The notes under the pieces were generated by a model. The model was not told the DNA's origin. It worked only from the letters and a program-made list of their open reading frames with translations, and made no database searches. This document shows, in pieces, positions 17,366 through 25,446 of a DNA stretch of 64,000 nucleotides. The stretch is taken from NCBI GenBank assembly GCA_965221025.1, contig CBDCRJ010000001.1, forward strand, positions 388,839 to 452,838. The letters are read 5' to 3'. The translations under genes were made by a program, and so were the position numbers. The DNA comes from Dehalococcoidia bacterium (GTDB taxonomy: Bacteria; Chloroflexota; Dehalococcoidia; Lucifugimonadales; UBA3495). Every line of letters starts with the position of its first letter. The first letter of the stretch is position 1.

Positions 17366-18606
17366 CATACGCTAAAGGCAAACGGAACCCTATGAAGTTC
17401 TCCCGGTGTAAAGAGTTTTTTGGTGACCGCATTCCGTTGATCTTCAGCGACCAGTCCGGCAATGGTCCCGCCATCAGTCATTTCGACTGCCCGAATACTG
17501 TTTACAGGTACTAAATCCAGGAAATCCGGGCTGTGGGTAGTGACCAAAAGGGACATTCGCTCTGTCGCGACCTCTCCCATCAACTCCGCTATGTACGCCA
17601 ATGCGCCAGGATGTATGGTGAGTTCCGGTTCCTCGATAACCTTCAGGCCCGGGGCCTGTTGGTAAAGCGCCACCAAAAGGCCCAGAAGACATAGGGTGCC
17701 GTCCGACTCCTGGAATCCCTCTAAAACCAAATCCTTTGCCCTTGGTTTGTCCGGCTCGTGAGTAAACTGGAGATATAAATGACCACCGGCCGATTTTACT
17801 CCGACATTTTTTATCCCTGGTACTACGTGCCCTAGGGCCGCGAGTAGCTCCTTGAAGTCTTCGTCACGTTTCTTAATCATCTCATCGAGGACGGACCCCA
17901 AATTCCCGGCGTCTTCGTTTAGCGGAAAACCCGCCGAAGTCCTTTGAGGCTCCCGTAGGGCGTTCGGAAAGATATGGTAGCGCCGTATTTCACTGAGGAG
18001 TTCTTTCGCTCCAACCAAAGTTTGGCCATACTTCGAAAAACCCTGTCGCCCAATCGCCAGACGAGTCCAAACTGTGATAAGAGGACTCGATAACGCCAAA
18101 TCCGACGCGGGTGTTTTGAACAGTTCCGGTTCCATAACTGAATTCGGTCGCCCAAACAACTCTGGGGACCGCTTCGATACACTTGATACCGAAGGCATTG
18201 TTAGCCGCCCGCCCGTAAATGCCAATGCGGTCCGGTTGGTATCACTTTCTTTCGGTGTGACGGTCATATTTTCGGTTCGAACCCTATGGTCCCCGGTCCC
18301 AGAGAATCGAAGGGAAAATTCATACTCGAATAACGACTCGGGATGATCGATCCCAACTCCTACGGTAACGTCTCCCCGGTCTCTCCGAATTGCAGCACGG
18401 CCCCGGGCCGCCAATGCTGAGTCCAATCCATCCCGAAGCGCATCTGAAATGAACACCAGAATGTCTGCGATGTTGCTTTTTCCAGAGCCGTTCGGTCCCA
18501 CTAACACCGTGAGAGGGGCTAACTCCAACTCGAGGCTCTGGATACTGCGGAAATTCTTCGCCCAGATTTTCGTGATTCTTGGTATCGTTGGCTGTTCCAT
18601 GGTCAC
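17359..18606 (-). CDS. ABC/SMC-like AAA ATPase (AAA_21/AAA_15 type) with a non-native C-terminal end
   Basis: Walker A GPNGSGKSN, Walker B/D-loop VIEEPELTIHP, and TTHSPDF. GC content is visibly lower than in neighbouring genes. The last 8 codons and the stop come from the repeat and palindrome of the inserted element. Confidence 0.8.
   Translation of the reverse strand: MTMEQPTIPRITKIWAKNFRSIQSLELELAPLTVLVGPNGSGKSNIADILVFISDALRDGLDSALAARGRAAIRRDRGDVTVGVGIDHPESLFEYEFSLRFSGTGDHRVRTENMTVTPKESDTNRTALAFTGGRLTMPSVSSVSKRSPELFGRPNSVMEPELFKTPASDLALSSPLITVWTRLAIGRQGFSKYGQTLVGAKELLSEIRRYHIFPNALREPQRTSAGFPLNEDAGNLGSVLDEMIKKRDEDFKELLAALGHVVPGIKNVGVKSAGGHLYLQFTHEPDKPRAKDLVLEGFQESDGTLCLLGLLVALYQQAPGLKVIEEPELTIHPGALAYIAELMGEVATERMSLLVTTHSPDFLDLVPVNSIRAVEMTDGGTIAGLVAEDQRNAVTKKLFTPGELHRVPFAFSVCA
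17365..17389 (-). repeat. Right terminal inverted repeat
   Basis: Exact reverse complement of 13299-13323. It also encodes the last residues (VPFAFSVC) of the ATPase ORF. Confidence 0.9.
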
Positions 18607-18642
18607 GCCTACATGAATTGCCTTGCTATTATCATAGCCCCG

Positions 18643-19497
18643 TCACCCACCCCTCAGGAAGTTCAGTACGTGGGAGGTGTATTCCTCGGGCTTTTCGTAG
18701 GGGACCCAGTGGCCGCAGTTGTTGAGGACGACCAAGCGGGAGTCGGCGATGTTGTTCAGGGCCGCGATGCCGATTTCGAAGACGCACATGCGGTCGTAGC
18801 GGCCCCAGATGACCAGGCTTGGCGCGGTGATGTTGGGCAGGTCGACACCGTGATCGTAAGGCACGCTCACCGACTTGGCGTCGGCTTCGATGTGGTCTCG
18901 GTTGCCGGTGTAGCTGCCGTAGATGTAGTCCACCAGCTCCTCGGTAACCAAGGCGTCGTCATCAATGTGAGTCCGCAGGTAGCGGCGCACATTTTCGCGC
19001 GTTGGGTTGTCTCGCACCTCGCGGGTTACCAAACTGCCCTCCGATGGCCGGTTGCCCATCAGGTATAGATCGCCGCCGGTGCGGATATGACACGCGCCGA
19101 ACACCAGCTTGTTCACCCGCTCCGGTTCCTTCATCGCCAGCACCATCGCGCTCTGCCCGCCTTGGGAGTTGCCCAAAAGGTGGGCCCTGTCGATCCCTAA
19201 CTCGTCCATCAACCCCAAGGCGGTGCGGGCTTGCAGGTTGTGAAGCGGCTCTTCATAGACCACAGGCCCCGTGCGGCCGAAGTTGGGCAGGTCCATCACG
19301 ATGCAGCGAAAATGCTCCGCGAAGGCTGGCAGCACTTTGTGGAAGGTAATCCAGCCAGTGGTGCCCGGCCCGTAGGAATGGAGCATCACCAGCGGGTCCC
19401 CGGCTCCAACGTCGTGGTAGTGAACGGTCATGCCATTCACTAGCGCCGTCTTGCTGGTCGAGCCTTCGGTGAATGCCGCTGCGGTCATGTCGGTCAT
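18643..19497 (-). CDS. Alpha/beta hydrolase, meta-cleavage-product (BphD/MhpC-like) hydrolase type
   Basis: Nucleophile elbow GNSQGG, HG-type oxyanion region MLHSYGPG, C-terminal NNCGHW(V)PYE, 284 aa. Confidence 0.75.
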   Translation of the reverse strand: MTDMTAAAFTEGSTSKTALVNGMTVHYHDVGAGDPLVMLHSYGPGTTGWITFHKVLPAFAEHFRCIVMDLPNFGRTGPVVYEEPLHNLQARTALGLMDELGIDRAHLLGNSQGGQSAMVLAMKEPERVNKLVFGACHIRTGGDLYLMGNRPSEGSLVTREVRDNPTRENVRRYLRTHIDDDALVTEELVDYIYGSYTGNRDHIEADAKSVSVPYDHGVDLPNITAPSLVIWGRYDRMCVFEIGIAALNNIADSRLVVLNNCGHWVPYEKPEEYTSHVLNFLRGG

Positions 19498-19553
19498 ACT
19501 CCCTGCGCGAATGGGCGTGGTCGAATGGGGCGGGGCGAATGGGCCGGCGGCCC

Positions 19554-20639
19554 CTATGCGACGGGAACTTCCTTGAAGTAGGGCATCACCTCGGTGGCGA
19601 ACAGCTCTATCGATCGCATCACCTTCTTATGGGGCAGGCCGGCGAATCCGAAATAACCGAAAACGTGGTTGATTCCCGCCTCTTGGGTCTGCTTCAACCG
19701 TTCTATGACCACCTCGGGAGTCCCTCGCAACGGGGGCAGCCCGGCGTGTCCCGGATCGTCCCGCCGGTCCCGGTCCTGCTGGCGGTTGGCCCACTGCTCG
19801 TACCCCTTGGCGATGTTGCCATCCTTGTCCACCGGCATTCCGATGGGCGCCCCGTTGCGGCCAATGGAACGCAGGATATTCGAGGCGAAGTCTTCAAGGC
19901 CGATGGGGTCCTGTTCCGCCTCCTCCATGGTCGGGGCCACGTAAATCGCCTTGGACATTGGCGGATGCAGGTGGGCGTGTTCGCGCCCGTACTCTTCCAT
20001 CTTTTGGCGCCATAGCTGTATCACTTGCGGGGCTTGCCCCAGAATGTCGGTAGGACCGCCGGCGATGACCTGTATCCCGCGGCTGGCGGCGAAATCAATG
20101 CTGGCCGGGCTGGTACTCACGGCCTGGAAGAGCGGCGGATAGGGTTGTTGCACCGGCTTGGGCAACACCCATACGTCGTCGACATTGGTGTACTTGCCGT
20201 GGTAGGTCAGTGTCTCTTCAGTCCATGCCTTGATCATCACGTCAACGGCTTCCTGAAACCGCTCCCGGCTGGTGTCGATGTCCACACCGACGCCGTCGAA
20301 CTCTTGGCGCTGGTAGCCGGCGCCGATGCCGAAATTTAACCGTCCTCCGCTGATGACGTCCAACATGGCGGCTTCTTCAGCGACCAGCACCGGGTTGTGC
20401 AATGGCAGGACGATAACCGCCGTGCCGATGCGGATGTTCTGGGTACGGCCGGCTACGGCGCCCAGGAAGGACCAGATCCCCGACAACAGTCCGTGGCGAG
20501 AGAAGCGGTGCTCGCCCAACCAAACTTCGTCAATTCCAAGCCGGTCGGCGTACTCGATCTGCTCCAAGGCTTCTTTCAAGGCCTGCTGTTGGGTGACGCT
20601 CTCGTGATAAGGAACGATGGTAAAGAGTCCGAATTTCAT
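19554..20639 (-). CDS. LLM-class flavin-dependent oxidoreductase
   Basis: MKFGLFTIVPYHE...LGIDEVWLGEHRFS, 361 aa. It is a paralog type of 6871..7920. Confidence 0.85.
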   Translation of the reverse strand: MKFGLFTIVPYHESVTQQQALKEALEQIEYADRLGIDEVWLGEHRFSRHGLLSGIWSFLGAVAGRTQNIRIGTAVIVLPLHNPVLVAEEAAMLDVISGGRLNFGIGAGYQRQEFDGVGVDIDTSRERFQEAVDVMIKAWTEETLTYHGKYTNVDDVWVLPKPVQQPYPPLFQAVSTSPASIDFAASRGIQVIAGGPTDILGQAPQVIQLWRQKMEEYGREHAHLHPPMSKAIYVAPTMEEAEQDPIGLEDFASNILRSIGRNGAPIGMPVDKDGNIAKGYEQWANRQQDRDRRDDPGHAGLPPLRGTPEVVIERLKQTQEAGINHVFGYFGFAGLPHKKVMRSIELFATEVMPYFKEVPVA

Positions 20640-20817
20640 GGGGCCTCCCCTGTTCCGCCTGCCGGATTCTCAGCGTACTTTCAGACCTCAACGGCAAACC
20701 GTACTCTACTACATCGATGGACTGGATGGACAGGACGGATAGAATGATTGCATACTGGTAACCGACGCCAGCCTCTTCTACATCCTGCCCGCACATCCTG
20801 AGGACGGATGAATCGTC

Positions 20818-22155
20818 GTGGTTAACCCAAAACATCAGGTAATCGACTTGGAAACCGGCCAGTTGGACCGCGCCATCTTCGTCGATCCGGACGTCTACGC
20901 CGAGGAGCAGGAAAAAGTCTTCGGCCGGGCTTGGCTCCAGATCGGGCACGTCTCGCTGGTGCCCAGACCCAGCGACTTCTTTCACACCTACATGGGTGAA
21001 GACCCGGTAATTCTCACCCGCGACTCCCAGGGGGTGGTGCGCGCCTTCCTGAATATGTGCCGTCACCGGGGCAACCGAGTCGTCCGGACCGATCTCGGCA
21101 ACACCAAGAACTTCGCCTGCGCCTACCACGGTTGGACCTACTCCAACGACGGACGCTTGGAGTATCTGCCCGGCGAAGAAGAAGCCTACTACGGCGCCCT
21201 CGACCGGGAAAACCTGGGCTTAGTCGAAGCGCGTACCGATATCTACGCCGGAATCGTATTCGCCACCTGGGACTGGAACGCCCCTTCCCTGGAAGAATAC
21301 CTGGGCGACGCCCGCTGGTGCTTGGACGTTTATTTCAACCGGCTGGACAACGGCACTGAGGCCATTGGGCCGATAAAGTGGATCGAACCATTGAACTGGA
21401 AGGCGGCGGTGGACAACTGCTCCGATAACTACCACGTACCCACCACCCACCTGTCCAGCATCATCGTGGCCAACCGCCACATGGGAGCGCCCCGCCTGAC
21501 CCACGAGCAACAGTTCCAGTCCACCAACAAGCATTTTTTCGTCAACGGCCACTCTCTGACCATGCGGTTCTTGGAACGGCCCGACCAAGTCCGCCAGACC
21601 CACGGCATCAACGCCTCCAACCGGGAGATGTTCGAGGAATACTACCGGAGCACTCAGGATGAGGCGGAGCGGCGCTTGGGCAGCCTGCGGGCGCACAAGC
21701 TCCATTTGGGCAACCACAGCCTGTTCCCCAACGGCGTTTTGGGGTTCCGCTTGGCCCACCCCCGAGGCCCCCAAGAGACGGAATTCTGGCACTTCGCGCT
21801 GCTGGAAAAAGACATGCCGCCGGAGTTGAAAACGGCCCTCCGCCGGGGCAGCGGCAACTTCAACGGCGTCACCGGCATCTTCGAGCAGGACGACATGGAC
21901 AACTGGCGAGCCGTGACCAAGTCGGCTCTCAGTCGGGTGGGCCGGAAGTACCCCCAAGACCTTTCCATGGGCTTGGGCCGTTCCGGACGTCACCCCGACC
22001 TTCCCGGGGTGGTATCGGAACGATACACTTCGGAGAGCAACCAACGGCATTTTTATCGCCGCTGGGAGCAGTTCATGAACGCCGATAGCTGGGCCGACAT
22101 CCCGCTGGAACCCGGTACCGTGGAATACGAAGGCACCGCGACGATGCGGGGCTGA
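20818..22155 (+). CDS. Rieske ring-hydroxylating dioxygenase, alpha subunit
   Basis: Rieske motif CRHRGNRV...CAYHGW and a catalytic-domain His region (NYHVPTTH). GTG start. Confidence 0.9.
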   Translation: MVNPKHQVIDLETGQLDRAIFVDPDVYAEEQEKVFGRAWLQIGHVSLVPRPSDFFHTYMGEDPVILTRDSQGVVRAFLNMCRHRGNRVVRTDLGNTKNFACAYHGWTYSNDGRLEYLPGEEEAYYGALDRENLGLVEARTDIYAGIVFATWDWNAPSLEEYLGDARWCLDVYFNRLDNGTEAIGPIKWIEPLNWKAAVDNCSDNYHVPTTHLSSIIVANRHMGAPRLTHEQQFQSTNKHFFVNGHSLTMRFLERPDQVRQTHGINASNREMFEEYYRSTQDEAERRLGSLRAHKLHLGNHSLFPNGVLGFRLAHPRGPQETEFWHFALLEKDMPPELKTALRRGSGNFNGVTGIFEQDDMDNWRAVTKSALSRVGRKYPQDLSMGLGRSGRHPDLPGVVSERYTSESNQRHFYRRWEQFMNADSWADIPLEPGTVEYEGTATMRG

Positions 22156-22183
22156 CAGCACAATCGAGCCGGGACAAACTGCC

Positions 22184-22690
22184 ATGTCCAGCCAGGAACT
22201 CTGGCACGAGTTGATGCAGTTCTACATCGAGGAAGCTTGGCTGCTGGACGAGCGCCGGCTTCGGGAATGGCTCGACCTCTTCACCGAAGACACCTTCTAC
22301 TTCATGCCGCGGCGTCTCAACGTCCACCGGAGCGAGTTGGACCGGGAACTGTCAGTTGAGGGCGACCTAGCCATCTTCGAGGACGACAAGACCTGGCTCA
22401 CCATGCGCGTTGACCGCCTGGAGTCCGGCATGGCTTGGGCCGAAGACCCGCCGTCACGCACCCGCCACCTAGTAGGCAACCTGGTAGTGGAACCAACGTC
22501 CGAAACTACCGTCAAAACCAAGACGGCCTTCATCGTATACCGCTCCCACCACGAGACCGACGAACACATCTTCGCCGGCAGCCGCGATGACGAGTTGCGC
22601 CAAGTGGACGGCCGCTGGAAAATCGCCCGCCGCACCATAGTCCTAGACTCCAACGTAATCCTATCCAAAAACCTGAGCGTGTTTTTTTAG
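22184..22690 (+). CDS. Ring-hydroxylating dioxygenase, beta subunit
   Basis: 168-aa NTF2-like ORF, 28 nt downstream of the alpha subunit. It has the typical FYIEEAWLLDERRLREWLDLFTEDTFYFMP. Confidence 0.85.
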   Translation: MSSQELWHELMQFYIEEAWLLDERRLREWLDLFTEDTFYFMPRRLNVHRSELDRELSVEGDLAIFEDDKTWLTMRVDRLESGMAWAEDPPSRTRHLVGNLVVEPTSETTVKTKTAFIVYRSHHETDEHIFAGSRDDELRQVDGRWKIARRTIVLDSNVILSKNLSVFF

Positions 22691-22771
22691 TTGGACGTCA
22701 CCTGCTCTGAGGCGCGGGCTACCTCTCTTTGTCGATGATGGCCTTGCATCGTGCGAATAGATACCAGAGGC

Positions 22772-23071
22772 TCACGGCGCGACATATATCAGTTCCGCCT
22801 CATCCAGGACTTGCTGCCGAAAATACGGGCTCAGCCACGTCACGGTGTTCAGGTCCACTTGCCTCCCGAGAGTCTCGCTCAACTCTTGCTGCATGTCGAA
22901 GAACGCCAAGCCCGGACTCCGGCCGGGAGCGAATTCCACCAAGACGTCTACGTCACTAGCCGGAGTAAAGTCATCTCGTATTACCGACCCAAACAACGAC
23001 AATTTTTGGATGTGGTGTCTCCGACAGAATTCAGCCAACCGCTCACGCGGAACGCCGATTCGTGCGGCCAT
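22772..23071 (-). CDS. MNT-type nucleotidyltransferase (HEPN/MNT antitoxin-like), orphan
   Basis: Motif LFGSVIRDDFTPASDVDVLVEF (GSxxR...DxD). No intact HEPN/DUF86 ORF is adjacent. Confidence 0.75.
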   Translation of the reverse strand: MAARIGVPRERLAEFCRRHHIQKLSLFGSVIRDDFTPASDVDVLVEFAPGRSPGLAFFDMQQELSETLGRQVDLNTVTWLSPYFRQQVLDEAELIYVAP

Positions 23072-23227
23072 AAATTACCCTTGACCACCGATGCCAAGCA
23101 CTGTCGAACTTCTTGGCCCAAAAAAAGAAGAGGAATCTGGTATGCGGGATACGGGCGCCGAAATGAAACTAACAAGGGGCGGCCTAAAGGCCGCCCCTCG
23201 CTTGTGCCTCAGGTTGGGGGTTTCGCG

Positions 23228-24217
23228 CTACTCGTCGCTCATGGTGATGGGGATTACGCCGGGCATCCACCACTTTTCCCAGCTTTCGTCTACGCGCCGC
23301 TGGAAGTGCTGGATGTCTTCCTGGGTGAAGTGGGCGAAGCGGCCTTGCCGGGTTAGGTAGTCTTCGACGGGCTTCCGTTTGCGGATTCCACGGGCGATGG
23401 AGCGGCTGGGCCCGTTGAGTACCAACTCGTTGTCGACGATTTCGTACTGGACCCACAGGCCGGTCTCGATGGCCAGCATTCCCAACTCGTGGGAGTACTT
23501 GGGGTCGTAGTCCCAGCCCTTCGGGCAGGGGTCGATGCTGTGGATGAAGGTCGGACCGCCAATGGTCAGGGCCCGGCGGATCTTGTTGTTGAAGTCCAAG
23601 CCGTACGACCCGCAGGCGGTGGCTATGTAACGAACGTCGGGGTGGCCGGCGGCCAACATCGGGGCCATGTTCTTCTTCCACCGGGTGTTCATAATGCGAT
23701 GGGCCTTGCCCGGCGGGCTGAACGTGCTGTTGGCGCCCCAAGGCGAACTGCCCGACACCTGAATATCGGTGTTGGCGTAGGACTCGTTATCGTAGCACAG
23801 AATCAGCAAATTGTACTCGTCGTGTTGGAGGGCCGCCGAAATGGCGGACAAGCCCATGTCGACACCGCCGCCGTCGCCGCAGAAGGCGATAACGTTGATG
23901 GGCTCCTGTTGCATCTTGCCCTTCCGCATCATGGAGGCCAAGCCGGCGGCCGTTCCGGTGGCGGCGGAGCCCGAGGAACCCAGTTGGGTGTGCATCCACG
24001 GCACCACCCACGGTGTGCTGTAGTAGGTGGTGTTGGCCACGTACATGCAGCCGGTGCTGCCCAAAACAATTGAGCGCGGACCGGCCGCCTTGATCATCAG
24101 CCGCATTACCAGAGCCGACTCGCAGCCCTGACAGGTGCGGTGACCAGACCCGAAGAACTCTTCAACCGGGATGTTCTTGACACCCCTAACTGCGGGCAGT
24201 TCCTGCACTGTAGTCAT
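23228..24217 (-). CDS. 2-oxoacid:ferredoxin oxidoreductase, beta (TPP-binding) subunit
   Basis: TPP motif AFCGDGGGVDMG and the N-terminal Cys cluster region (CQGC). I chose the ATG at 24217, which has a GGGAG RBS 5 nt after the alpha-subunit stop. Confidence 0.85.
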   Translation of the reverse strand: MTTVQELPAVRGVKNIPVEEFFGSGHRTCQGCESALVMRLMIKAAGPRSIVLGSTGCMYVANTTYYSTPWVVPWMHTQLGSSGSAATGTAAGLASMMRKGKMQQEPINVIAFCGDGGGVDMGLSAISAALQHDEYNLLILCYDNESYANTDIQVSGSSPWGANSTFSPPGKAHRIMNTRWKKNMAPMLAAGHPDVRYIATACGSYGLDFNNKIRRALTIGGPTFIHSIDPCPKGWDYDPKYSHELGMLAIETGLWVQYEIVDNELVLNGPSRSIARGIRKRKPVEDYLTRQGRFAHFTQEDIQHFQRRVDESWEKWWMPGVIPITMSDE

Positions 24218-24222
24218 TTCGT

Positions 24223-25446
24223 TTACTCCCTCACCGCTATCCAAGTGGTCTCTTGATCGATCTTGCCGGTGGCCACTGCTTTTTCGGTGGTCGCTGTCAT
24301 CTCGTTAACGTCGCGGACCATTATCTCACGTCCGCCCAGTCCTGCGATAAAGTTTAACATCAGAGGCCGTTCTTTCAAAGGATAAAGGGCCGAACGCAGT
24401 TCATGGAAAAGCACGCCGCCGAAAGACGGCGACCCGTAGGAGTAGTCACGGTCGATTACCGCGACTCCTTTGGCCTTCCCCAGTACCTTTTGGATTTCCT
24501 CGGCGGCAAAGGGACGGAAGAACTTGACCCGCAGGAAGCCGATCTTTTTGCCCTCCTCCCGCATCCGGCGCACTGCCACCCGGACCGGCATCGCGAGGGT
24601 ACCCATTCCGACCAGAATTATTTCAGCGTCGTCGCACATATACTCGTCGATGAACGGGCTGGGGTCGCCCCGGCCGAAGACCTCCTTGAACTCGTCGTAG
24701 GCCTCCTGAATCACGCCGACCGTCCGGCGCATCGCCTCGTCGGTCTGCCGCCGGATCTCCATCAACCAGTCCTCGTTGACTTGGGGGGCAATGGTGATGG
24801 GATTGTCCGGGTGTAGCTGGAGCCGTCCTCGGTCGTAACCCGGCAGGTAGTGGTCTACCTGGGCCCGGGTGGGTACCTGTACGATGGCCTGGGAGTGAGT
24901 CAGGAACGAGCCGTCGCAGCTAAGGGCAAAGGGCAAAAAGACCCTTGGGTCTTCGGCTACCTTCCAAGCCAACAGTGCGATGTCCAAGGCCTCTTGGGCG
25001 GTGGCCACCCAATACAGGTGCCAGCCCAGGTCGCGTACCGCCATGGCGTCGTTGTGCTCCACCCCGAAGGCGCCCGGGTCGTCCAACGCCCGGTTTCCCA
25101 CCATGGCCACCACCGGCATACGCAGCCCGGCGGTGACGGTAATGGCTTCGAAAGCGTAGAACCAGCCCACGCCGCTGGAGCCGCAGAAGGTGCGAGCCCC
25201 CACAGCCGAGGCGTGCTTCACGATCTCGAACTGGGAGTGTTCGCTCTCGGCCACAATGAAATCGCAGTCGAAGGCGCCGTCGGCCTTCAGCTTCGAGACA
25301 TACTGCATCACCGTGTCGTAGGGGCGGATCGGGTAGGCGGTGATCACGTCCACGTCCGCCAAGGCGCAGGCGATGGCCACGGCCTCGCTGCCGCTGATCA
25401 GCTCCTCGGTGGATTCCTGGAACAATTCTGTCTGTACAGTGGCCAT
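24223..25446 (-). CDS. 2-oxoacid:ferredoxin oxidoreductase, alpha subunit
   Basis: The PorA/KorA-like N-terminus ISGSEAVAIACALADVDVITAYPIRPY. The ATG at 25446 forms a TAATG overlap with the upstream gamma-delta gene. Confidence 0.85.
   Translation of the reverse strand: MATVQTELFQESTEELISGSEAVAIACALADVDVITAYPIRPYDTVMQYVSKLKADGAFDCDFIVAESEHSQFEIVKHASAVGARTFCGSSGVGWFYAFEAITVTAGLRMPVVAMVGNRALDDPGAFGVEHNDAMAVRDLGWHLYWVATAQEALDIALLAWKVAEDPRVFLPFALSCDGSFLTHSQAIVQVPTRAQVDHYLPGYDRGRLQLHPDNPITIAPQVNEDWLMEIRRQTDEAMRRTVGVIQEAYDEFKEVFGRGDPSPFIDEYMCDDAEIILVGMGTLAMPVRVAVRRMREEGKKIGFLRVKFFRPFAAEEIQKVLGKAKGVAVIDRDYSYGSPSFGGVLFHELRSALYPLKERPLMLNFIAGLGGREIMVRDVNEMTATTEKAVATGKIDQETTWIAVRE

Larger units (their letters stand above)
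13299..17389 (+). mobile_element. 4,091-bp element bounded by perfect 25-bp terminal inverted repeats, carrying an IS6-like transposase and cargo
   Basis: GGTTCCGTTTGCCTTTAGCGTATGC at 13299-13323 and its exact reverse complement at 17365-17389. Similarity continues inward with indels (ACCATAGG versus ACCATTTAGGC). All internal ORFs are on the + strand. No flanking direct repeat was found. Confidence 0.7.

Noticed and set aside
13299-17389. Reading the 25-bp inverted repeats as an invertible (shufflon-type) switch acting on the ATPase C-terminus.
   Set aside because: No invertase or tyrosine recombinase is encoded nearby. Simulated inversion only changes the ATPase tail from A* to PMVASRRD* and does not restore the DUF4276-like ORF. 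A DDE transposase inside the segment makes terminal repeats of a transposable element the simpler explanation.
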